DNA of 64,000 nucleotides, taken from assembly GCA_028023455.1 (NCBI GenBank), contig JAQFVV010000010.1, positions 992,001 to 1,056,000 on the forward strand. Reading direction: 5' to 3'. How positions within the stretch are numbered: position 1 is the stretch's first letter; each line of letters opens with the position of its first letter. This stretch comes from Epiperipatus broadwayi. Its lineage: Eukaryota; Animalia; Onychophora. The notes below the pieces were generated by a model. It worked only from the letters and a program-made list of their open reading frames with translations. It searched no databases and had not been told where the DNA came from. This document shows positions 13,682 to 26,399 of this stretch, one piece after another. A program made the translations under genes and the position numbers.

Positions 13682-15318
13682 ATATATATATTGTGACCAT
13701 TTATTTTCCATAGAAAATAAATATAAGTACAATCTAATATCTGAATATTTTAAAAAATATATAATTCTAAAAGGTTAGGTAGTATTGTCTTTGTTAACTT
13801 AATTCATTTATTTAAATGCTTTATTTTATGTATTTAAAGCTATATAGTTGCATTTTATTTATTTAAGCATATGTCAATACCAAAGTTGATATATATCCAA
13901 TTATTGATTTTGAGAAGTTAAGCCTAACTTCCATAAATGTATCTGTTGAAAAGAGCTTTTTTATATATTAAAGTTCTAAGTTAGATAATTTTTTAAACAA
14001 ATAACTGTATTTTAAAAAAAGGAAAAAAAAAGAAATAGTTTTTTTTTAATAAAAGAACTGAAAAACAATTTTTGTATAGTTATTTTATGTAAATCATTTT
14101 TGGTGCAAATGTTCTTAGATTCCTGTAAATTGTAATTATCTTTCTTCTGTTAATTGCTTTAATTACAATCACTTTACTTTAAAATGAGTATAAAAGGTAT
14201 CACTGCCAATTGATCATATTATTTTGTTACTGAATTCTACAAATAAGTTGATTAAGTTTTAATTGTTTTAGAGAACAAAGAAATATGTGCTGCTAGAAGC
14301 AAACTTTATCCAAGCTATTAATTTTCAAGTTATGTTATTTTACCTTAATCTCTCTGAATATCTACAAATTGAGAAAGAAATGCAAATTTCTGTACAAGCT
14401 GAGATTTCAATGGTGCAATTTGAGGTATTTTGTCTTATATTCTTACAAACTTTGTCAATTTCTCTAAATCTTATTATAAGAGTTTATTTAAAATTAGAGA
14501 TTTATTACATCATTTTACCAAAAACTATATTGATCTTACTTGATTAATTTATGGCTAAAGGATTTATAGTTCATTATAAAATATAATTATGGATTTATAT
14601 TTATTATATCTTAGATAATTTGGAATCTGCATTCCAATATATGCTTTGCTATGATATTTTATTATGGAATATAATTACCTTTGGTTATATATATATGGGT
14701 TTATAATGTGCTTGTTTTATTTACATACCCATTCTGGTATACATATATTTATAACCCTACCTAGTCTATTCTATTTATACTGCATTTATTATGTTTACCT
14801 ATAAAGTATATAACTCTTTTTATTTGGATACAACTTTAATATATATATATATGATTTATGATGAGATATATGTAATTTATTTAATTTAAATAATTACTTT
14901 AATCTTTGTGAAGTTATGACATATTAATAAAAGCTCCTACCATTATGAATTCAACAGGATTCTAAAAATCTTTCAAAAGGAATCACTATTCTACTGTATT
15001 ATTTATCTAACATAAATTCATTATGAAAATTCTCTAATGAAGATGTATATAATTATGGAATCGTTCTTTATGACCTTGTAAATAAGTGTAACAAAACATA
15101 CATTCCTTAAAGTAATTAAACTTGTGATTGTGTGAAAATTATTTTCACTCCAGAAAAAAAGAAAAGATCCCTTAAAGATTGTTTTTATGTTATTATTAGA
15201 ATGTTTTAAATATTATGTATTTGTAATATTTGTTAATCTCATTTTATATTTTTTGGGTATATATTAACAGATATAATAATGTATTTAAAAGTTGTATGTA
15301 AATGATTTTATTCATACA

Positions 15319-15530
15319 CAGGGCAAATCTCTCCATACAATAGCACCACTCAGTGCAAGCCAAAGTAATCAATGGATGCATGAAGGTTTGTATATAAAAT
15401 AACCTATCTAGTGCTTACTCATCTAATATCCCCAGACTAGTTTCTAGTTTGTGGCTTTTATCAGTGAGAAGCCTTGGATCTGAGAGCATTACACCAAAAT
15501 CTTAGGATCTAATGCAACACTCCAGCAGTC
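15319..15530 (-). mobile_element. Short interspersed repeat family A, copy 1 (hammerhead-like motif at 15429-15470)
   Basis: Aligns by eye with 15776-15965 and both arms of 21289-21603. Confidence 0.8.
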
Positions 15531-15775
15531 ACCTTTTATCTTATTGACTAACTATGGAAGCTTTGAATTCAAAATGAAAGCACAATAATGTTTTCAATTC
15601 AAGCTCATTAGCTTGTATAGTCATATAGATCTGAACTCAGTTCAGCATCCATACTTTCTGGTGTCTTTGGTTCTTTAATAACCACAATCACCATAATCCT
15701 ACTGGGTAGGATTGGTATTAAACCACTAAACAACCCATGATCACCATTATTTATGCTTATACAAGCTGTTTACAC

Positions 15776-15965
15776 ACAGGTAAAACTCTCCAATATAATA
15801 GCACCACTTAGTGCAAGCCAGAGTAATCAGAAGATTTGTGCATAAAATTCCTATCTAGTGCCTACTCATCCAATATCCCCAGACTAAATTCTAGCTTGTG
15901 GATTTCATCAGTGAGGAGCCTTGGACTTGAGAGCACTGCACATAGATTTTAGGATCTAATGCACC
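15776..15965 (-). mobile_element. Repeat family A, copy 2 (hammerhead-like motif at 15876-15917)
   Basis: Same sequence as copy 1 with scattered substitutions. Confidence 0.8.
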
Positions 15966-15989
15966 ATGCTTGCATAGTATTAACTTATT

Positions 15990-16900
15990 TATATTCTCAT
16001 TCTTAATTATAATATAATCCATTTAATATTATTGTTTTGATTCATGAATGCATCTATGCTTCTATAATCATACTAAATAAAGTATTTATGATCATAAATG
16101 CACATGTTGCATAAAAATTTATTACCAGAAGTTCATTTGAGTTTACATCCCTAAAGTGTTATTACTAATAACTTCTGCCAAAAGTTTATACTATTGATCT
16201 TATAACCATACTTTGCAGAGTGTTCTCAATATATTTTTGGAGCATATGCACTAATAAAATGAGTACTAGTACCAGAGTGCAAAACAAATATTGACTATAT
16301 TAATCTTTTATTGATATCCAATTGCATGCATTTTTCTTCCAGTAGTTGATCTATCCTGACAAAAAAACTTATGTTTGTGTACCTATTTTATTGAGCTTTC
16401 TTTCACTGGAAGACAAATTTCTCCACAAACATCTATATTGATCTTAAATTTTTTGTAATTGTTTAGCCAGCAGTGTTGTTCTGCATGCTGGTGGTAGAAT
16501 CTTTACATCATGTGATGTTAAGACTTTCTATAAGACCATATTTTGGACAAAACATTTATAGTATTTAACTGTAGTATGACCACTATTATTATTATTTTTT
16601 TTTGCTTTAATGAATAATTCACCAAGCATAATAACATAGACTGCATATTAAAGGCAGGTCACTTTTAGATATACTTTCTAGGTCCCTACCACTTCTGTAG
16701 TCATGGGGATGTTTAAAATGGGTTGCCTAAACATATGTTCTGATTTCTAAAACTTTTGTCTTCAATTCCATCCCAACAGGATGCATTAATGATTGTCTTG
16801 AATAAAGATCACAATGAAAGACAGCCATTTTACTATAGCTATCACTTATACGGTTTTCTCAATTCTTGAGGGTTTAATGTAAAACACAATAAAAAAAGGA
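15990..16900 (-). mobile_element. RTE-clade LINE 5' relic (endonuclease)
   Basis: FISAYAP and VNSNELLVINF..IINTLF..*MHS, resembling RTE/BovB APE motifs. Heavily decayed. Confidence 0.6.
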
Positions 16901-17783
16901 ATTGGTGATCATAATTGCTGTATGAGTAGTTAAAAGAAAAAAATGATATTGCACAAACAAACAATTCTAATACCACTGTTAGTATAGGGAAATGATCAGT
17001 TGTATGAAAGGCTCATGATGACTAGGTCCTACATTAACCTAAATGATTGCAGAAGAAAAAGGAAGACAAAAATGCTTTTTGCAACAAATACATTACCTAG
17101 ATTTTAATAAATCAATATATGATCATACATGGCAGTAGGAGCTATTTTTTTCTATTACTGTTTATTGGTTATTCACAATTAACTTTTATATCTGAAGTTC
17201 ATTCTACAAAACAGTACCTTTAAGTACATCAGTAACTTTAGCAAATATAATATTAGTACATTGAGTAGGGAAAATAATTTTAAGTATTAGTTTTGATAAT
17301 TAAAAAATCGAATTGGATATTTATAAAAGCAATTAATCAAAATTGTGTATGAGACATCCATTAACTTCTCAGGCTTAAGAATTAGATGATAAAAATCTTC
17401 TATTTACTATATTTGCTACTCAAAAACATTGAAATATAAGGTTACCTAGCCGCGACATATTATTAAATAACTGACGTTTTTTAATAACTAAATAGTAAAC
17501 AACGTCTTTTTTCTTGCATTTTTTTTTTAATAACTACATGACATTTTTTAATAAGAAATTTTTTATTTACACAAAAAGGAACAATCGCCATGTTTTTTGC
17601 TACATGTAATAACTTTTTTGGGTTTTTACCATTGACTGTACTTCTTCTAACGCAAAATCCTTTTATTTTTTTTGGACGTTTTTAAATAAGTAAATATATA
17701 TTTAACCTTAACATAAACAACCAAATAACTACTAAATATCACATGATCACTATTTCTTATGCTAGCACATATCTGTTATTAAA

Positions 17784-17848
17784 ACAGGCAAAACTGATTA
17801 CTCTGTTTGGCACTGAGTGGCACTACTGTATGGAGAGTTTTGCTTGTT
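17784..17848 (+). repeat. Miniature fold-back copy of family A
   Basis: 3' end of family A preceded by its own inverted terminus (CAGGCAAAACT...AGTTTTGCTTG). Confidence 0.65.
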
Positions 17849-17857
17849 TAACAATCA

Positions 17858-19885
17858 AATAACTATACGAATTCATTTGAATATTTTTTTATTATTATTG
17901 ATTCAACAAGTAACGAACACAGTCTACTTGGCGGCTTTTTTTTTTTCAATCTAATTTTTTCCGACAAAGTACATTGAATAAAAAAAAATCACTTTCAAAG
18001 GAATAAATTAATATACAAATAGAAAAAACGAAAAACAATGTCTTGAATGTTCTTTTCGGTATTGTGCAAGTTGGAACTGTAATAAAACAACTTTTTGAAT
18101 AACAAAAACAACGACTTTAACATAAAGAATCAAACAACTATACGAATTCATTTGAACTTTTTTTTAAAATTGACGCAACAAGTAACAACCGCCGCCTACT
18201 TGGCGGCTTTCTTCTTAATCTAATTTTTTCCCACAAAAGACAATATTAAATAAAAAAACCACTTTCAAAGGAATAAATTGATGTACGAATAAAAAAAACC
18301 AAAAAACAATGTCTTGAATGTTCTTTTCGGTATATGCAAATCAAACAACTATACGAATTCATTTGAACTTTTTTTTTTAATTGACACAACAAGTAACAAC
18401 CGCCGCCTACTTGACGGCTTTCTTCTTAATCTAATTTTTTCCCACAAAAAAAACATTAAATTAAAAAAATCACTTTCAAAGGAATAAATTGATGTACAAA
18501 TAGAAAAAACAATGTCTTGAATGTTCTTTTCGGTATGTGCAAGTTGGAACTGTAATAAAACAACTTTTTGAATAACAAAAACAATGACTTTAACATAAAG
18601 AATCAAACAATTATACGAATTCATTTGAACTTTTTTTTTATGTGATGTGATGTACTGTAGCTTCTTCTTAAACGAAGTCAAGAATCTCTCGGCAATTATA
18701 CCAAGAGAAACTTGTTAGCTACTTAATTTTATATTCCCCGGTCTAAGTTTTCCCATATTCTGCTCCATCCCATTTCCACAACATAATCTTTGTCAACTCT
18801 ATAGCTTTTATATCTAAATCCCCCTTATTTTTCTCCAAACCCCCCTTATCTTTCTCCAAACCCAACATAAAAACCAATAATCTACTTTCTGTATAATCAC
18901 TTTTTTCATATTTATAATATGTGCCCTTTCTGTTTTCAAACATTTACATTCAATTAACAGATGCCTAATATTTTCTATTCCTTCCTTACATAATTTACAG
19001 ACTAAATCACCCATATTTTTCCATTTGCATGTATATTCTCTTGTTGCTAAAGATCCTGTTCAAGCCCTAAACAATAAACTACTTTCTTTACTATTATCAC
19101 ATATTAACTCGCACCTAATATTCTGTTTATTTCTAAATATATTTAAACTCTTTTTACTCTCCATACTAGTTCTCCATCTCTTTAACTCCCTTATTCTTTA
19201 TTAATAAATCTATTCTTTTATCCCATTCCTTACCACTATAACACTCAACAATCCTCCTAACACAATCATCCCATCTTTTGTACAAATATACTGATATAAA
19301 TTCTTTATCCAAATCTTTTGCATATTATATTACCTTTCTCATCCATCTTGTTGCCTGCCCTTTACTCATAACCCAATTAAATACTATTTTGGCTATTCTT
19401 TTATTATCCATAAACTGCAATCTACCAAACATTTTCATTTTACTTTTTGCATCTCTCATATAAAAACTTGACCATCCCATTTCTCCTTGAATTGCCTTCC
19501 TTGCTGTCCATACATCTGCATCCAATGCATGTCTTCCTACTTCCCTTTGAACTTTTTCTAAGTAATTTAATATCCCATTACTAACATATAATACATCATT
19601 ACCATATGTTAACCCTGCTACTGCAACTCCTTCCCATATAATTCTAGCTATATCATACTTTTTTTTAAATTGACACAACAAGTAACAAACGACGCCTACT
19701 TGGTGGCTTTTTTCTTAATCTAATTTTTTCCCACAAAAAACAACATTGAATAAAAAAAATCACTTTCAAAGGAAAAAATTGATGTACAAATACAAAAACC
19801 AAAAAACAATGTCTTGAATGTTCTTTTCAGTATATGCAAGTTGGAACTGTAATAAAACAACTTTTTAAATAACAAAAACAATGAT
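17858..19885. repeat. Tandem array of four ~210-275 bp units, the fourth interrupted by a LINE
   Basis: Each unit starts with a close variant of CAACTATACGAATTCATTTGAA, at ~17860, 18135, 18346 and 18608; the fourth resumes at 19657. Confidence 0.9.
18641..19656 (-). mobile_element. 5'-truncated non-LTR retrotransposon 3' fragment (clade unresolved; RTEX/L2-like)
   Basis: Post-RT region (WEGVAVAGLTYGN..LEKVQREVGR..IQGEMGWSSF), Cys motif CKLCKEGIENIRHLLIEC, short (ACATC)n tail. Flanked by AC(T)9A / AC(T)8A, an apparent TSD. Confidence 0.85.
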
Positions 19886-19903
19886 ATTAGCAAGAATCTT
19901 GGT

Positions 19904-20224
19904 CTAACGTAAACTCATCTCTTTCAAAATTGAGATGAAGAAATCTTGTCTGTGGTGTAGACACTGCCACATAAATTAGGCCAGGTAGTCATCGACTAAT
20001 CACCTGACAGTGCTTCTATGTCGTTTATTTGCCATTTCAATACATCCTCCCCCACACAGCCTCTTAATGTTTTGTATATGGACGCCTGTGAAGGGGTCAA
20101 CAAAATTATAGCAGTTGTTTACTTTGAGGTGATGAAACCCAAAAGCCTGGAGGTCAGCTGTCCAGTAAACCTTCCAGCAATCGGAATAAATAATTGAGCC
20201 TGGTTTACCATGCTTGTTTACAAG
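19904..20224 (-). pseudogene. Merlin/IS1595-family DDE transposase fragment
   Basis: KPGSIIYSDCWKVY..GFHHLKVNNCYNFVDPFTGVHIQNIKRL..KRHRSTVR*LVDDYLA*FMW: typical ISXO2-like motifs in one frame with two stops. Confidence 0.88.
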
Positions 20225-21288
20225 TTAAGATATTTTTCATCTTTAATTTCCATCAGTGTTACCAGTTTTCAAACAAAATCATTACCTCAGTAATTGATAA
20301 AAATGGCATCAGTCTACTAACTTTCTTTTTATTATAATTCAAATTTAATATCTTTTTAAGTTTATTCTTGTTTTACAAATTTTAAAACCCAGGTGTGAAC
20401 AGATAATTTCCAAGAAATAAACTACTCCACAAAACAGATTTTAACTTGGTAAACATTCTAACATATATGTGAGTCTGTCATCTAGAAATTATAACTTTTA
20501 TAGAAGGAAAGCTAATTAGTAAAATAGATTTATCATAGCTGAGAAATAAATAATAATTTAAAAGAAATGACAAGGTTTGACCAATCTATATCATCTAACA
20601 CATCAATTTTCAGTGTTATAATTCAATCAAATGATGATAATGAGAAACATATCCTTGATAAGCCCAACCTTAATGGATATCTTAAAATGCTTAATAATTA
20701 TAATTTAACTGATACCATTCTTCCCAACTAGAAATTTTGTTTCTATTGAGTATTGTAATAAAATGCTGACAAAATTCATTGAGAGCCTAATAAAAGATTT
20801 ACAAGAGTATAAAGTGTATTATGTTACTAGAGAGTCCAATCCTCTGGTTTATGGAAGAATATTGTCAAGTTTTAATGAATAATTCTTTCATAGAGAAATA
20901 AATAGATATGCTGAAGTCATCAAAATAGAAAGGAAAATTACTTCTAATATTCTTTTCAAAATTCCATCTAATGCATGGAAAATAATACTTAAATTTAAAA
21001 AGGGGTATCAAAATAATAAATACCTCATAAAGTAAAGAATACAATGACTGTTTCTAACATATTAAAAAGTAGAGATCCTCTGTATTTCAGATCTAACAGA
21101 GTGAAACACTTAGCATTTAATTATGATGTTGGAAGTAAAAAAAAAATCTATATACAGAAAGATAAAATTAAGATAATTACACTCACAGAAACAAAGTTTC
21201 TAATATATGTTTTCCTATATAAACCTAATAATAACATAGCATCATATGATCATCATTTCTTTTGCTTACATAAGCAGTTAATATAATA

Positions 21289-21603
21289 GCAAACTCTCTA
21301 TACAATACCATCACCCAATACAAGCCTTAGTAATCAATGGATGCAAGAAAGTTTGTGCATGAAATCCCTAACTAGTGACTACTCATCCAATTTTCCTGGA
21401 ATAGTTTCTAGCTTGGCTTTTATCAATGAAGAGGCTTGGATCTTGACATCCAAGACTCCTCATTGATGAAAGCCACCAGATAGAAACTAGTCTAGGGAAA
21501 TTGGAAGAATAGTACTAGATAGGAATTTTATGCATATACTTTTTTGCATTCATTGATTACTAAGTCTTGCACTGGATGGCAATACTGTATGGAGTGTTTG
21601 GTA
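21289..21603. mobile_element. Head-to-head inverted dimer of repeat family A (~150-bp arms)
   Basis: The left arm matches copies 1 and 2; the right arm is their reverse complement. Centre TTGGATcttgacATCCAA near 21436-21453. Confidence 0.85.
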
Positions 21604-23619
21604 TTGTGTTAACCTAATAATATGTCAGCTCAAGATGTAGTAGTGTTATTCGATATTAAATTCAGATTTAGAAAAGATTCAAATACAAACTTTGCAGAGA
21701 AATTATATAATTGTTTTCTTTATTTTTCAAAAAATATAGCATTATTTGATTGCAGTTTATTCTATAACAAAGGGTAAAGATATTGTTAATGATCTACATG
21801 ATGTTCAAAATGAATTGTTTCAATACTCAGATAATCTTAATTGTGTATATGAAGATCTTCCAAAAGAATTCAAGTATAAAGCTATTACATATTTTCATTA
21901 TAAAATGGGTAGCCAGCTAATGCATACCTATTTTTCAGTAGTGGATTATGATGATTCATTGATTTGATTTGATTTGATTTTAGGACATAATATTAAATAA
22001 TACTAAAATAAATGCATTATTGATGGATTTACTGACCATTAGAGTATATAACTAATAAATGATGGCTATGAGAAACATAAAAACTGTATCTACCCTTTGT
22101 TGAACCAAATTCCTATCCTACAAAACAGCAACAGATATTCTTGATTAGGTACTGTTTATTTATAATTAACAGTTTATCTTTTTATCTAAAGATCATTCCC
22201 TTATCTGCCACCCCTAAAATCTGCCAATAATTGGAGTAATTATAACTTTAATACATTTTATAAGAAAAATAATTTGAATTATTCATCTTAATAAGTAAAA
22301 AGTTGAAATTAAACATTAATAAAAACAATTAATCTATAGAAAAACTTGAGCATTCTTAATTTTTTTTTACTTTTTTTAAATATAAGTATATGCACTCAAT
22401 TTTTTTTTTTTTCTACTTTAGTATATATATACAGCAGCCAATATTTTTAGACGATTTATTATCTAAGTTTTCATTTTCAATATTTAATGAAGTAACTAGT
22501 ATCAACATCTGTAATTTTTAATCTCTTTTTGAGTTTTTTATATAGCCATTCTAAATTGTTTTCAAATTTTGATATTTTTAATAAATGTATTAAATCTTTT
22601 TAAAACAAAAAGATAATCCCTAACATGATAATTGTTAAATCTATAGTATTGATGAAAAAATTCCTAAAAATTTAATTAATTTCAAAACTTTATATTATTA
22701 ATGAAATATGGGACATACAGTTAAAGCTAAAAATGTTACACAAATATTAGAAAAATAAACTTTTATAACATTGCTTTAATTCCTTTTAGCTAATACATAA
22801 TATTGTACAAAGATCATTCTAGGTGCAATTCTTTTAGCCAAAATTAACTCATGAATTTACCACAATGATCTCAAGATATAATGGCTAACTTTGATTATTA
22901 AATAAACAATGTCTGTTTGACCTCACAAAGAAATTTTCATTGGTCTATCTATTATTTAAACTATCTGTAAAAGTTATAATAAAGTGTGTGCAGATATGTA
23001 TATACTTATTTGATTGGAAATAGAATTTTTATATTTAATATAATTACAGTTAGCCAACATATGAATAATTTTACCCCTAATTAATTATATGTGATAAGCA
23101 TGCATTGGACTTAATGAAGAAAATGTATGCTAAAATATTCAAATTAATATACAAATTGGACTGTCATTTAAATTGCAGATAGTCTAATAAAGTTTGTATG
23201 TATAAACATATAGTTAAAGATAACAGACATAGTTAGGTTTTCTGAGCATGTGTTTAAAGAAATTTATATTCACACTGTTTGAAAATAAGTCTACAATTAG
23301 AGATCTTATTTTTTAAAAAATATTAAATGCTTTAATTTTTGTTGACTTACATATATTAGATTGTATGAGTGAATAAACTTTTGTTTAAGTTTCATATGCG
23401 TTTGATGTTTACTTTGTTATAAATGTGTCAATGCTGCCCAGATGACAGCAATACTTATCTTTACTAATACCAATGTTTCTTGTTAAACATTATTACTATT
23501 TTTATTTGCATTTGTTGTGAAATATTTTTGGTCTATTTTATTTTATCTCCTGTTTCAAATTCAATTCTAAATCTAATTTTTAATGAGTGTACTGCCTCCA
23601 GCAAGATTCAAAACTGAAG

Positions 23620-24200
23620 ACTATCTCCATCATTGCATGCTTTCTTAACTATACAGAGCTAATGAAATATGATTTTTTCTTTAACTCAGACTCCTAACTA
23701 TAATTTAATCTATTAAATGCTATTGATTTGAAAGTGGATGCATCCATGTTCCTCCTGCATAATGTTTTTTTTTACTTAAAGTAATTCTGATAATAAATCC
23801 ATATATTATGCAAAAATCCAATAACAACAGATCATTTGAATTTACAATGCCAATATTATTATTTATGATAACTTTTGACCAAAATGTACTATTTGTGCCA
23901 ACACATGTTTTTGTATCAATATTTCATTGGCAATAATGCATTCAGCAAGAAATAAAAATTTTCTTCTCTCAGTTATCTGAACCTAAGTTTGGAGCATAGG
24001 CACTAATCAAATAAACCCTTGTATTATTGTACAAAGAGAAGGTAGTATTCATGAATGACAATTATCAGCTGATAAGAATTTAGTATTTTTGTTTTATTCT
24101 CTAGACAAGGATAGCTAGTTACCAATTTACTGACCAATGATGAATCATTATGTTGACTAAAGATTAACTAACTGAGAAAGGAAATGCTAAATCTTTTGAA
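23620..24200 (-). mobile_element. RTE/BovB-like endonuclease relic
   Basis: LISAYAPNLG, GIVNSNDLLLLDFC, GTWMHPLSNQ*HLID*IIVR. Confidence 0.78.
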
Positions 24201-26399
24201 AAGATTCATTTAGTCCAAGTTTAAACATTAGATCATAGGCATGGCAGGTTGATGAACTACCACCACACCAATTAAGCTAAGAATTTGTTAAGTTTTATTA
24301 ACTAAATTGTTATTTAGTGAAGGATATATTGATCAGTGAATGCAGCATTTTGAAAAGTGGGAAAAAATGTACAGTTTTTATTTTTTAATTCATATTGTAT
24401 AATTTTAACATTGCAACACCAAATAATAATTAAAACATGAGTGCCTTCATGCTTCAACATACCAATAGAAAATCAGCAATCTGTTATCAAGACAACATTA
24501 CAATTAGACAGTAAATAAAATCTCTGTTGAAACAGATTGAAATAAAATCTGCCTAGAAGTTTAATTGAATTTTACTACAATATGCATAAAATCCTAGATG
24601 GAAATAAGGATGCTCTGTAAAGGATATAACTGAACCTGAGGTGTAAATGGGTGCCACCACCATGTAGTTATTTTTCTTTTCAAGAATCAAGGAGCTCACT
24701 TCTGTATTTCTGGTGCAGCTATCTCTGTCAGAGCACATTAAAAAATTTATTATATAGTTTTGTTTCCATGTGGAGACATTACTTTCATGTACTAATGCAC
24801 ATTACTTGCAGGGTGGATCATGGGAAGGTTTTAATTTGTCTATGCTATAAAATATTCTGACAAGTATAAATAAAGTCTCTAACATTACCTTCATTATATT
24901 TTTCTTTTTGCACTGTGCTGCACTGTATTTAAATCATTTCCTGTGTGCTACTTTTTGCTTTTTTTGTATTAAAATGAAACTGAGAACTAAGTAATAAAAT
25001 ATTTTCCCATGTTTTCGATTCTTCAAATCAATCTTTAAATTCAAATAATGTAACTATTTAAAGTATTCAATAATTCTCTAGATGAGATTTTATTAATTTG
25101 TATTTCCATTTTGTTAATGTATGTACATATATATAGACTTTGTCCACAGTAATTGTAATTTACATTAAATACTTAAGGTGAATCTGTTTCATGGAGAAAT
25201 TTACTTCACAGATTTGTCTCCATATATTTTTATCAGTTCATCTAATTGAATTGTTATTATTAAATAATGCAAACATTATTGAGTGTGGAAATGAATTATT
25301 ATTATTAATCTTATTGCTTAACTGGCTTACAGAGTAGCCATGCCTGCAATTCAATTTGATCTTATCCATGCTGCTGATTGGATAATGTATTTACTATATA
25401 TATATTTTTTTTAAAAAGGCAAGTTTACTATGAAAGTTTGTCTTTTATATTTTCTTGTATTAGTTCTATGAAAAAGACCATAAACATTAAACTGATTAAT
25501 ATTTCCTTACTAAAAGGTCTTAGTGATTTCATTTCATACTTCTCCAGATAGCAATTATTAAATTTGCTAATTTCATGATGCTGCAGAGTCAACATGATTA
25601 GATTATGAACAAAATATGGATAAATCATTCTTAACATCTTTGTTTCTGCTTTGAAAATGCTCTGTGCAAATATTTATAAATATTTTTGCTTCATTACAGC
25701 ATGTGTAATAAACAAAAGTTATTTAAATAGGTTGGAAGATGCCAAAGATATAATAAGTGACCATATTTCTCATGTAATGTGCATGGCATATGGTTCAGGC
25801 AGTAATGTCAAATATTTATGTACACAATATCCTAGATTGTGATTCACAATCTGCAAGGTGAGGCTTGAAGTTGATTTTATTAAAATTTTAAAATAGAATG
25901 TTAAAAAATAGAAAATAGATTTTTTTAAAAATTGTAAATTATAAAAGTATGTTGTACTGTTTGCTCTGTTTTTTTTTTGGCAATTGGTAAAATTACAGTT
26001 TTCAATAAGAAACTAACCATGTGATTATGTTATTGTTATGACCTTGTAAATCTTAAAACTGCTTCTCATATATTGTACTTCTAAAAGCATACTTAGTATA
26101 ATCATCCAATTATTGACATTATTATGAAGCACTTTAATAGATATGTTTTTTATTCTTATTAACAACATTCTCTCTACTTTCATATTTGATATTTATATAT
26201 AAAAACATAAGTTTAGAAAACATAATTCTAAATAAAATTTATGTGAAAGTACATATGCAATAAAGACATATTGTCAATAAAATTATATGTAATCTTGTTT
26301 AAATGTGGGATGCTTAAATATAATGTTTTATAAGAAATAAAAAATTAAATCATGTTTTAAAAATATTAAGAAAAGATTTTATCAAAATTAGAATTAATT

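Larger units (their letters stand above)
17440..20224 (-). mobile_element. Merlin (IS1595/ISXO2-like) DNA transposon, 5'-truncated, with subterminal tandem repeats
   Basis: Transposase C-terminus at 19904-20224 followed by a repeat array. CpG-retaining sequence stops abruptly at GGTTACCTAGCCGCGAC (17440), the putative end. No partner TIR was found, so the left limit is inferred. Confidence 0.6.

Noticed and set aside
15027-15077. KFSNEDVYNYGIVLYDL resembles protein-kinase subdomain IX (DVWSYGIVLWE)
   Set aside because: No other kinase motifs (HRD, DFG, APE) appear in neighbouring candidate exons; treated as chance.
17858-18640. Regularly spaced repeats as a CRISPR-like array
   Set aside because: Units are ~270-bp tandem copies without unique spacers, in a eukaryotic context, with no cas genes.
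14958-25857. Mitochondrial insertion (NUMT) as the explanation for in-frame TGA
   Set aside because: The blocks are bounded by spliceosomal GT/AG sites, and no mitochondrial protein, rRNA or tRNA similarity was recognised.
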